DNA of 64,000 bases, taken from NCBI GenBank assembly GCA_964187785.1, contig OZ076413.1, positions 50,780,001-50,844,000 of the forward strand, in the 5' to 3' direction. This document shows positions 12,501-23,400 of the stretch, in pieces. The notes beneath the pieces are model-generated. The model saw only the letters and a program-made list of their open reading frames with translations, searched no databases and was not told the DNA's origin. Position 1 is the stretch's first letter. Every line of letters begins with the position of its first letter. Source of the stretch: Amphiscolops sp. MND2022. Lineage: Eukaryota. Both the position numbers and the translations under genes were made by a program.

Positions 12501-15369
12501 TTTCCGATTTTTTTGTTCCTCCCATCGATTTTTGATATTTTGCAACAGAATGGATGTTCAAAAAATCCCTAATCGTCCCCCTTTTTACATTTTTCGGAAC
12601 TATGCGACTTACCGGCAACTTCAAAAAAATTCGAAGAAAAAATTCGGAATTTTTTTCTCAATTTTTAATTTTTCGAGAGCTTTTGTTGTCTCCAGTTGTA
12701 GAAAAAGTGGTTTTCGTTTTCGAGTCTTTTTGAGCCTTAGATATGGCGCCGACTTGGGCCGTTCCCGGTTTGTTTCTATTTCTATTATTAGATTAGTTAG
12801 AATCTTAAAAACAACACTTTTCATTGAACAGAGGAATGTTTGAAAAGTTTTAGAAGAAACAGTCAGCACCTGAAATTTTGGAAGAAATGTTTATTGAAAT
12901 CTGCGGGATATAAAATGAAAGAAGACCCAAATCCAGGGAGGCCGGGGTGGTTGTAAAGATGGAAGAGTCTTTTGAAGGGTATTCGTTCAAGATGGGATCA
13001 AATCACGGACTGTTTGACGATCAGTTGCAATTGATTGGAGCTAGAAAATCGTCTGTTACCATCAACCACTTCATTCGGAATTCAACTGAATTTGTGCTAA
13101 AATTTCACAAGTGAGTTCTTTAAAAATAACTGCAAAACATTGATTTAAAATGGCTCTCCAGGTTTTCGATAAACTTGGTTTGAATTTAAATTCCATCTGT
13201 ACTAACCTACAGGATTGATTGGAATCTCATCACAAGAATGCAACAAGCATTTAATTTCTAGAAAAAGATTATAATTACTTGGAAAAATTGTTCAGAATAA
13301 ATTTACCGCCCATATTTTAAGATTTCTTTCCCAGAAATTTCTTCCTATCAGAACTAAAACTTTTCAAGTAACGTCGGAAATTTATTTTTAACCTCAGAAA
13401 ATAGAGCTTATTCCACGGGAATCAAAGACAAAAAATAATAATTTCACAGCATACAATTTATCTACATTTCAGTTATCATATATAACTACTGCATAGTTAT
13501 AACTAACATAACTATAAACTTAAACTTAAAGCAACTTGAAGTTTTAAACGCAGATGGTTAAAATAATGAGTGCCCAAATGATAATTATCTGTAAAATAAA
13601 TTTTTATTCGTCAGACGTCTTTTCAAATTTCTAGATTGGCATCAATGTTTTCTATGTCTGGTGTTGTGGTTACCCGCAATGTGTACGACATGATTGCAAC
13701 CAAACGGATAACAGATGCTGATGCAGTAGTGGAAGCTACTTTGTCTACGGGGAAAACAGTTTATGTGAGCAGATATAATGTATCCAAAATAGGGTTTAGA
13801 GGAACCTTCTACAATTTCTGCCACTTTGGATTGAGCAATGGGACGGTGAAGATCGTTGGCAACGATTCCATTCACAGAACAATTGACTTCATGAGGAGTA
13901 TAGCTGTTGCGAGGCAAGTAAAACCTATTTTTGTTGATGTCTTTTTTTGCAGCTGCAAAAGCATTCGCTTCCAAGATTCCTAATTTCAGGTTTTCAACCT
14001 AGCGTACCCGAGCTAACCCTCTATGGGTATCATAGTAAGATCTTGGCAAGATCTCGGAAAAATCTTAACTAAGGGAATCTTAATTAAATCGGAAAAATCT
14101 TAATTAAATCTTAACCTTGCAAAGATATTGCCAAGAACAAGATGTCATTGTAAGATCTTATCAAGACACTGATGTTTCCAAGAAAAATTCTACCAAGAAG
14201 CCCAAAATGGCAAGAAAAATGCCACTAAAAAGCCCAAGATGGCAGGATAAATTTGCTACTAACAGCTTGACATCGAGAAAAAAGCAGCATCAAAAAAACA
14301 ATAAACTAAAAAAGTTTAGTTGAAGAATAATTTAGGATACACTCAAAACAATAAAATTATTGGATGATCTTTTCAACCGATAGAAAAACATCAAAATCCA
14401 CTGATTTGAGTTTCAAAAAAATCTAGAATATTATATAACGCCACCGGAATCTAAAAATCACTGAACATAAGTAAAAATCACTGGAATAGGATCTAAAAGC
14501 ACTGAATTAAGAACAAAGACCACTGAATTATCTACAAATGACGTAACGAAATTCAGCATTTGCCTTGATTTGTACAAAATTTGAGTTTGATTTTTACTCT
14601 TTGGAGCAATATCGCTGTGGAATTGGAGTGAATTCCAGACAAACTCTTATGAATTTTTATACTCCTACCGTATTCCCCTATAAGACAATTAATTACCATC
14701 TGTAGATTATCGGTTTAGAGGGGCTATCGGTTGGATTAGAAAATAGCGTAGCGTCAACATGATTTATACTACAAAATAGAGTGAATTGACTATTTTACCT
14801 TGCTGATGTTTAAAAATGCTGATGTTTAAAAATGAAGAACTTGATATTTTGTTGGAAGCGTCCAAAGCTTTTCAAAAACTGATACATCATCATTTGGAAT
14901 TTATATTCGCTGACACCTCCGATCACCGATTAACCTGTTTATACATTCGCTTTGGCAACTGTTCCGTTTTGTAATATATATTTATTTTTTATATATATAT
15001 ATATTCAGCGTTGGGAAAACGAAAACTCGAAAATTTCACCTACGTTCTTAATGGTAATTGAAGGAATTGAGGTAATTGAGTATTTTTTGTTTCAGTAGAG
15101 AATTGACAAAGCTCTTGAATCTTCACACCATTGTTGTCAAACTAGATGAGATGATAAAAGAACCACGACCTGTCATTTTAAAGCTTTGCCAGTTTTTTGG
15201 ACTCGAATGTTTCGCCTCTTACATCGATGACGTAACACAAGGGCTGTTTTCAAAGCCTAATCCAACCCGGAGGGGAGTTGAATGGACCCAAAAGCATATA
15301 CAAGCAGTAGAATCTCTGAAACAAGACTTTCCAGAATTCTTTTTTGGATCATACTTCGTTGATAAATGA
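3393..15369 (+). CDS. Multi-exon sulfotransferase-family gene (type II membrane protein)
   Basis: Exon 1 from ATG 3393 encodes a TM anchor (LIYALFILMLIVVLL); its donor is unresolved (~3578-3582). Later exons: ~3990-4299 (FVFFFGFNHCGSSATGMVLDAHPNVMVANEFDL), 12978-13110 (GYSFKM...LIGARKS), 13635-13913 (VVVTRNVYDMIAT), 15096/15099-15369 (DEMIKEPRPVILKLCQFFGLEC...TRRGVEW). Motif order matches the Sulfotransfer_3-like family, and phases are consistent from exon 2 onward. Confidence 0.75.
3990..4299 (+). CDS. Sulfotransferase-like gene exon (5'-PSB loop region); 5' boundary uncertain
   Basis: ORF 3978-4337 with the LDAHPNVMVANEFDL motif; ends ...AVNSK-G. Confidence 0.75.
4374..4603. repeat. CATG-rich dispersed repeat (related patches at ~11385-11495, ~16985-17120, 19810-19866 + 26319-26395, ~59060-59175)
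   Basis: Dense CATG/CATGA/CATGG words recurring in several introns and intergenic segments. Confidence 0.55.
4610..4659. repeat. 50-bp perfect palindrome (24-bp arms, 2-nt loop) flanked by the 5-bp direct repeat AACCT
   Basis: TACGTGTGATTCCTTCAAAAGAAA-TG-TTTCTTTTGAAGGAATCACACGTA; AACCT at 4605-4609 and 4660-4664. Confidence 0.85.
5477..11260 (+). mobile_element. Degenerate BEL/Pao LTR retrotransposon in a sulfotransferase intron; 5' LTR reduced to 17 bp, 3' LTR starts at 11120 (its end is undefined)
   Basis: TGTCAATGATGATTCAC at 5477 and again at 11120, the latter directly after the PPT-like GGGGGGCTGGAGCA; gag-pol lies between. Confidence 0.85.
5531..11026 (+). pseudogene. BEL/Pao gag-pol (DUF1759-type Gag, Cys-His boxes, protease, RT, RNase H, integrase) with many frameshifts and stops
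   Basis: KFDGDPLAF, CYNCL...CGASHHTSLH, YALIDLGS, WYLPRHPV..KVRRV, FYMDD, GVDAFGPF, SDNGKNF, APHFGGAWE, spread over several frames. Confidence 0.92.
11685..12179. mobile_element. MITE with TA TSD and internal GGATTCC/GGAATCC repeats
   Basis: TA-CATTACGACGCATAACC... / ...GGTTATGCGTTGTAATG-TA terminal inverted repeats. Confidence 0.75.
12247..12774 (+). mobile_element. HINE/DINE-1-like element, family A
   Basis: 5' TTTTTAGTCGGCG...CCGACT; 3' GCGCCGACT + GGCCGTTCCCGGTT hairpin + TGTT. Confidence 0.75.
12978..13110 (+). CDS. Sulfotransferase-like gene exon
   Basis: tttgaag|GG TAT TCG ... CAC AA|gtgagt; translates GYSFKMGSNHGLFDDQLQLIGARKSSVTINHFIRNSTEFVLKFHK. Confidence 0.75.
13635..13913 (+). 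CDS. Sulfotransferase-like gene exon (3'-PB motif RNVYD), ending at a GC donor
   Basis: ttctag|A TTG GCA ... GCG AG|gcaagt; phase 2 matches the next acceptor. Confidence 0.75.
15096..15369 (+). CDS. Sulfotransferase-like gene last exon
   Basis: tttcag|tag NAGNAG acceptor; C-terminal family motif; TGA at 15367-15369. Confidence 0.75.
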
Positions 15370-18195
15370 ACAAACTTGTATACTTTTCTGCATTTTGTGC
15401 TTAAGACGTTGTAGCTCTTTCAGAATTTTCATGTATCAAATCTTTGCTGTAGTTTTTGAGGGAGAATGGTTCCCTATGTTTTCAGCTCTGAGAAATATGG
15501 ACTATAAAAAGGAGAAAATTCAGAAAACGTTTTTTACTTTTCTTTACATTAAAAAACATACGATTGGAAAAAATATTTTGACGTCATTTTCAAACCGAAA
15601 TGTATCCTACAAAATCTTTGTTCAATTCACGAAACCATGGACTCTGTATTCGGTCTCGGATCTGAGTTATAGGAGATCAAAGATAAGCTGCGAAACAGTC
15701 AAAATATTTGTTTTTCTGAAACCTTTTCGCAAAAAACATGACGACTTCTTTTGAATCTTTTTGAGAAAACGTAGTCTAGGCTGTTGCGCAACTTCTAACG
15801 AAAACATGGTATCCATATCTATTCTCTGTTTCGAAAAATTTGCTTCACAAGTCGAAAATTAGGCAAATGTCACGAAATCTGCGACAAAAACGTCACCATA
15901 TGGGCATCTCGCGAAAATGGAAGCGCCAAAAATTGAAGCTTCAGAATTATACAATTTGTGGACAAAAATAACTCGCCTATCGCTAATTTGGATGAAGGCT
16001 TTCAACGGAACCTAACTAAGCAGCTTCAAAATAATGCCCGAAGGCATTATTCAATTAGTTCAATTAGTTACTCTATGCAAAATATCTTGAAACTCTTGCT
16101 AAGATCTTGCATATCCGTATATATTCAACTTCACTCTTGAAAGCCTTGGTAAGATCTTGTTTATTTTTTTCACGAAAACCTCTTAAAGTTCTCAGTGGGA
16201 ACCATGAAAAGAGTGTAATCAAGAGTCATAAGAAAATAACTTAAGTTAACTTTCGAAACAAACACTATTATTGTTTACAGTCATTTTGCTACTGTTCGTA
16301 GATTCAGCTACACTAACGATGGCTATAAGACAACAGAAAGTATTGCAACGACAAGCAATAACCGTCGCTCTCTTCGTCAATGAAGATGGAGGAACCTATG
16401 GAACGGATATTTGCCCGGGAAAGGAACTCATCGACATCGCAACCCATTTTGCCCCCTGAGGTAAACTATGTCCCGTCAGGAGAAAATTCTGCTTCTTAGG
16501 AGCACTTGGCGACATATCCCAGTCTGTAACTGCTATCAGTATCGGGCATTTTGTTTTTGGTCTTTCAGAACCACCGTTGAAAACATCCTAAAAAGAAACA
16601 CTGTAAATTTCGCCATTCAGGGAAATAACAATTGTTCAGCAAGCATCATCCACATTCAGCTCATAATCTGGGGCACAGGCACAGATTCGTAAATTTGACA
16701 AAAAGAATCGTTTTGCAGTTCTTCGCTACTTGAGGTAATGCTGAAACCAAAGAAAACTGGGTAGTAGCACCTGTAATGGAATTTTCAAAGACCCTTTCAC
16801 CATCTCTGCATGTCTGTGGGCTGGCTCCATTGCTCTTTTTTATTCTCCCTCGGTCTGCTTCTTGTTTCTCAAGAATTGCGTCTTTCAGATACTGAATTCT
16901 AGAGGTCTTCTAGAGCCTCATGTATTCTTTGCAGAACAAACCATTTTATGCATCAAAGTTAAATTCCTTGGATTTCGTCGAGGATCATTTATGGCATCAC
17001 GACTTTTCATCAATGATCATGAATGAATCAAGAATAACTTTTCACAACCATACAAATGATTCGCGGTATGGCGAACCCGTATATCATGGATAAATAATCA
17101 ATAGCTAAAACACCATAACCTTCGAAACTGGGTTAGGTCAGGAGTTTTCGAATCAAATGTTTGCTACTCGAGGATGTTTCATTTTTCAGTCAGGTATCAA
17201 TATTTAGTTTTCACCAGTCGGTAAAATGCTTCGATATTTTTCTTGATGTCCATGATTGTTCGATTGCGATATTTCAGATATTGGGTGCATTCTCGGAGAA
17301 CAATTACACTCCGTGTCCGTCCGTCTCGTGTTTAAAAAAGTTGTTCTCAAGATTATGTTGTTTCATGTGCCATTTTCATCCATTAAATGTTACATTTTCT
17401 TTTTCTAATGGGATCAAAAAATTCAATACTCTACACAATCCAATCCCAAACTTTCCATATTTGAACACAATCAATTTTTTGCGTACGAGCAAATGAGCTG
17501 CGCGGAAATACAGCTATGGATCCGGTGAAAAAATACTCAAAGTAATTGTCTGGTGATTCATTTATCGCGCTTTCGCGCAAAAGATCCGAATTGGAATAGT
17601 GATACGAATATTCTCTGATGGTAGTGATGCCAGAAAAAGGACCTAAAAACTGAAAATGTAAAAGACAATATCCGTCCCAGCACAAGAGGTAAATGTTGAG
17701 CGACAATGCCACTGGCTCCATCTCCAACTAAAACATCCTCCCACATTTTCATCAAGTTAGTTCAGACTATACTACAGCAATACCTCTACTTATCGGTTGT
17801 TTGTTTCCAAAAATTAAAGGTGATCTATTTCTGGGAAAAAAGTTTTATCCTCTAGCGTTGAACTGTATTGTTAGTTCAGAACTTTTAGCCACAAAAACTG
17901 CTGTTAAGAAAATGTCGCTGAACAAAGATTTCATCAACTGTAATAATTCATCGTCAAATTAGTAATGAATCGTTGAATAGGTAATGAATCGTTGAATAGT
18001 TCCGATCTTGCATGGCGTTACGGTTAACTATATTTTTTCACTCATATTCTTAACTTAATTTAGTGCAGCCCTCGACAAAAACTTAGTGAACCAATTGATC
18101 GAGCAAGCCTTTTTTGCATATATAACAAACATTACTGTTTTAAGCCCAGAGCGGGGCGCCGATTTGAACCGTTCCCGGCTTGATAAACTGTTATG

Positions 18196-18653
18196 AAAAT
18201 AGGCCCCTGCGGGGCAGTATTATTCCTGCTTTTAGGCTTTCATGTTCAATAATAGAAGCATATATCTTAATCATTTATACAGCGCAGAATTAATCACTAC
18301 CAGTTTACATCGCCTTTAATTCTTCTCGGACTGAAGAAAAGATAACTACTAAGCGTAGACGAAGTTTCGCATTCGCATTTGAATGCAGGCGAAGCTCTCG
18401 GCGAACGAATAATTAACACTCGTTCGCTTCATCTCAATAACTCGGCGTACGAAAGCATAATTACCACTCGCTCGTTACATCGCACGAGAAACGAATAGTT
18501 GTCGGCAGCTTGATAAATTTATATCTCACGCTTATACTCACTGTCGAACAAAATATCTGAACTTTTCAGTAGGCACTCGTTATCACAAAAATTGAACTGA
18601 ATAAAAGTTCAATGAGTCAGATTTCAATAATATTCCTGCTATCGCAGAAATAA
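18196..18653 (-). mobile_element. HINE/DINE-1-like element, family B (second copy at 29791-30319)
   Basis: On - strand: 5' TATTTCTGCGATAGCAGGAATA (subTIR plus its inverted partner); 3' GCAGGAATA + GCCCC-GCA-GGGGC hairpin + TATTTT. Body shared with 29791-30319. Confidence 0.7.
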
Positions 18654-18749
18654 CAAAAAATTTGATCAGGTAAAAGTGCACAGTGCACAAAAAGTGGACC
18701 GATCGCTGCGTTGAACAAACAAAAAAACGAGACACCGTAGGAGTCCCGT

Positions 18750-19250
18750 TTTTTAGTCGGCGGTTTTCGTAGAAAACGCAGACTATAGCAGTGACTTTTC
18801 TTTTTTTAAGACCAACAAACTGACAGATTTTATAAGCTTTATAAGCTGACTTGCACTAACACTAAACTGTGCCACACTGCTTCTACTGGCACTTAGCATA
18901 GAGGTTAATTAGGCTTTTTTGAAGTCTGCTGAGCAGAAGTACGTGGGATCGAGTCCCGCCCTTGACCAATTTTTTGTTGTGCAGGTTATTGAGGCTTCGT
19001 GAGACTTTTTTTTCGCAATTTTTTGATTGTCTCCAAAGGGTCCCCCTTTAATTTTTTCTATTTTGCAAAAGAATGGATGTTCAAAAACTCCCAAAGGGCC
19101 CCCTTTTACATTTTTCGGCACTATGCGACTTACCGGAGACCAAAAAATTTCGACAAAAATTTCGGATTTTTTTCTCCATTTTTCCTAATGCTGGTACTAT
19201 AAAAGAGAATACTTACACTTTGTGGTCCTTTTGCTATTTTTGAGCCTTCT
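18750..19250 (+). mobile_element. HINE-like family A copy, 3'-truncated, with a tRNA-like insert (~18895-18960)
   Basis: TTTTTAGTCGGCG start; GGGTCCCCCTTT and TTTTTCGGCACTATGCGAC core; B-box-like GGGATCGAGTCCC. Confidence 0.6.
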
Positions 19251-19866
19251 TCGAAAACACAGACTAACAATGAGGCTAATTGACAAAAGTAAGTTTGACC
19301 ACACTTAAGATTGCCTTGCTTCATGAACTGACTGCACCGCTGTTTATCCAGCTGGTAATTCTGTGCATGCAAGCAATCACTACATCAGTTTTGTCACTAA
19401 CTGTGTGAAGGATAAATTTTTAAAAAGTGTAACTCGTTTCAAAAAGTGCAACCATTTCAAATTTGAAGAATTTCGAGATACTTTCATTTGTTTTTTGTAC
19501 AAAATATACGAGTAAAACTGAACTTTTGCATTCACTCCTTTGATCAGTGATCATTGAACTAGTGGAGAGGAAGCTAAAGAAAGTCGCTCTTTCTGTCAAC
19601 TTAGTTACTACGAGTAATAGATGAGAGATCAACAGACGTCTCAGAATTGAAATGATTCAATTGTTTCAACCATCTGGAGAAAAACGCCCGGAAATTTCGA
19701 GTCGTGCATAATCAAACAAGTTCCTTAACTATTGCAGCATTACTAAAAAAAATAGAAGCATTAACATAACACTATTATCTAAATTTGATACGAGTTGATT
19801 TCACAGATAACCATCAATGATTCATGGATGTTCCATGAAATTTTATTCACAGCCCATGACAGGAAC

Positions 19867-20258
19867 TGTCATGCAATGCATGATTTAATTTCTCGGACTT
19901 TTATAACAATGAAATTGACTGATGAATCACGCCATTGATGAATCATTATTGCCTTTGATGTCACTCAATCCAAATAATTGACAATTTAATCCCGCAAAAT
20001 GGATTTTCAACTGGAGATGTTTCGACAAGGAATTTTCAAGGTTATGTTTTGTTTCCATGCCCTTCATAGTCAACCCTTTATGTGAACTGTTACATTGAAT
20101 TAAGCCTAAGTCTTAGACCGCTTTCTTGAACATTCAATATGAAATATTACTAAACCTTTTACTAAGTAACGCCTTTCATTTCCGGTATTTGGAGACTGCC
20201 TGGAGACATACAGGTACTAAGTAGTCTTTCTCTAAACTTTCTTCAACTACTATACACA
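19867..20258 (+). repeat. 5' LTR
   Basis: Direct repeat of 25927-26318. Confidence 0.97.
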
Positions 20259-20264
20259 TTATTT

Positions 20265-20314
20265 TGGCGCCCCACAAGGGACACGAACCCTTGACCGTTG
20301 GATTTTGGCGCCCC
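20265..20314 (+). promoter_or_regulatory. Extended tRNA-Lys-like primer binding site followed by a second short PBS
   Basis: TGGCGCCCCACAAGGGACACGAACCCTTGACCGTTGGATT is the reverse complement of tRNA positions 76-37; TGGCGCCCC then recurs. Confidence 0.85.
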
Positions 20315-20456
20315 TTATTCTGACCCGTTTACCCTTAATTACCTTAGTTTTCTTCGTTGGTTTGCGAAAGTTTCGTTACAAAGTTCTAATTTTATTGCCT
20401 TATCTTAAGTTTGTTGATTTAATTGACATACTACGAAGGATACCAGTTTGATTAAA

Positions 20457-23400
20457 ATGGTTTCCACGCGAAGTCAAGGTCAAAATGATGACAACGTGGA
20501 TGTTGATGTAGCCAATAGCAATGAGCTCGACGCATTGAATTTGGCTCATGGGCAAACTTCCAACGATAGCATTGCTAACATGCAAGTGGCGCAAAATGAT
20601 AATGAAATTTCACGCTTGTTGTCACTACAGCAACTTAGTCTGGACGACATTCATTGCTCACTTAATTTTGTCAATAATTGTATTGACGCAAACGAATCCG
20701 CTGATATGTGTCGGGAATTTTTTGTGGAAACAGAGCAAAAGGTGGATGAATTTGAGTCTTTAACGAAAGAAATCATTCTACTTGCAAATACCCACCTTCA
20801 TACCCAGTCAGAACGACTAGCTGGGGTTAAGAATGACTTGCGAACTATTCGCTTGAAGTTAATGAAAAAGCGCAGTTCTGATGAATTGTGCAAAACTGCT
20901 CGGCCTACGGTAAATGGCACAACTTCTAATGAACGTATAGTCACTTCTAACAACCCTCTACCGGCCTTCACAACTGCTGACCTCTCTTCAGAGTCGAATA
21001 TTCCTGGAATTTCTTCAACAACTGCTGGAACCAATGGGACATTATTCCGCGAAGCCACAGTCGATCAATCGCATTTCGCTCCTTATTTTCCTCAAGGAGT
21101 TGGAACATCACAGAGGATGTCTTCAACATTCCAAAAATCAATTCCCAAAGTCACACCCACAGTGTTCAATGGAGACCCGCTTCTCTGGTTAGATTGGATT
21201 GGACTCTTTAATGCCACAATTCATTCATCTGACATGACAACAGCTGAAAAAATGACGCATTTACAAACACTTGTCAAGGATCAAGCAAAGTCTACCATTC
21301 GTGGATATGGGTACAATGGAGACATGTATTTCATTGCACTGAAGCGCCTTCAAGACACATTTGGAAATCCAACTAAAATTATCACCTCTTTTCTGCAACG
21401 CCTCAGCAGCCACCCTTCTCCATCTCTTCGACAACCCGATTCCTTTACTGCCTATTCCAATTTTTTGACGACCTTAGTTGACACTTTCGAGCAGTTGAAT
21501 TTTCAGCACGACATATGCTCGACAACCAACGTTCAACAAGCCTTAGCAAAGCTACCCACAGAAACTAGACTAGCCTGGAACCGACATGCCGTCTCTTCAG
21601 GACTCCAACGACCGACGCTAAAAGACATTACCTCATGGTTACGGGAATTCGCTCTCGCCTGCAGTGAAATTCCTGTAGCAAAACATCTCGCACCTTCTGA
21701 ACACTCGACAGCAAAGTTCTTTCGACCTTCAAGTTCAACAAGCAGCGCTCTCCACCAACCTTTTGCCAACGACAAAACACACTCAGCACCATCAACGGAC
21801 AAAGTCAAAAAAGATTTCTGTCCCGAATCAAAGGGATGCGATCTGCTTCGACAAGGCCCTCATTTCAAATCCCTTAATGTTCAGAACAGATACGAACACG
21901 TTAAAAAATTGAAACTTTGTTTCAATTGCCTAGGACCTCACGCCTTTAAGGATTGTAAATTCGAAACAACCTGCCGAATTGAAGGTTGTCACCGACGACA
22001 CCACACGTTGTTGCACCGTGATCAGCAACCAGCAGTAACTTCAACAGTCAACACCCGACGTCATCAGCCTGGTATTGTGCCTATTGTTCCCGTTACCCTC
22101 TCTTACGGAAACAATCGACTTTCCACATACGCCCTGCTTGATTCCGGAAGTTCTGTGACACTACTTGCCGAATCAGCCGCCAAGCAATTGAAACCCAATC
22201 TACAGGGTAATCAACCACTCAGTGTTTCTGGGATCAACACTGTTGCAGAAATACAAGTAGCAACCCTACAATGTTTCATCGGACCGTACAACTCCGCTGT
22301 TCAGCCTCACAGACTCGACAATGTTCTTTCAGTGCCAACACTGAACGTTCAAACAGCGCAACCGAATTTTCTCAACTCAGTTTGCCAGCAACATCCTCAA
22401 CTTAAACACGTCACATTCCCGCAACTACATTCTAATAATGTTTCACTCCTGATCGGAGTGGACGCTTATGATGTTATTTGCAGCCGAGGAGTCATTCATG
22501 GACCACCCAACACGCCCAAAGCACTGAACACAGTTCTTGGATGGACAATAGTAGGAACCAGCAGTCATCAGCTACCAACGACAGCAGAGACACTTCTCGT
22601 CCAAACGCCCACATTGGATGACGAACTTTTTCATCAAGTTCAAAATTGGATGCGACTTGACAATGAAGGAGTTTCTTCAACGAAAAAAGCGTTTTCAGCC
22701 AACGATCGTCGCGCCGAGAACATTCTCCAGTCTACAACAACGAAAGTTGGAGACCGATACCAAATCGGCCTTCTCTGGAAACCAAATGTTGATCTGCCCA
22801 ACAATCGATGGGTTGCCGAACGCCAGCTGCGCACCCTCGAACAACGCTTGCAGAAAGACCCAACACTCAAAGAGCAATACAAGAAAACAATCGATGACGA
22901 TCTTGCCAAGGGTTACATCGTAGAAGTACCGACAGTCGACGCCACCTTGAAAAAATGGTACCTTCCACATCATCCAGTTACCAACGTTAACAAACCAGGA
23001 AAAGTTCGTCGCGTGACAAATGCCAGCAGTGTCTTCAAAGGACAGTCACTCAACAATTTACTTACAGGACCGGATTTTCTTTGCAACCTAACAGGATTGA
23101 TAATGCGATTTCGCCAACATTCAGTCGCAATATCCCCGATATTGAGGCCATGTTTATGCAAGTGCTTGTGGACCCTAAAGACCGACAGTATCTACGTTTT
23201 TTATGGAGTAACGACACGAAGACAATCGAATTCGAGTACACCAGGCATATTTTCGGGGCAACAGACTCCCCTTGCGTTGCCTGCTATGCCGTCCGCAAAT
23301 GCGCCAAGGACAATGAAGCTGTTTATCCTGGTCTGCCCGCAATTGTTCAGCGGAACATTTATATGGATGATTTGTATGTCAGCCTCACATCAGAAGAAGA

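Noticed and set aside
19910..19970. Hammerhead-like CTGATGA-ATCA..TGAT-GAAT motif in the BEL LTR (also in the 3' LTR)
   Set aside because: The GAAA box is incomplete and the cleavage position would be G; the pattern is explained by a local TGATGAATCA duplication.
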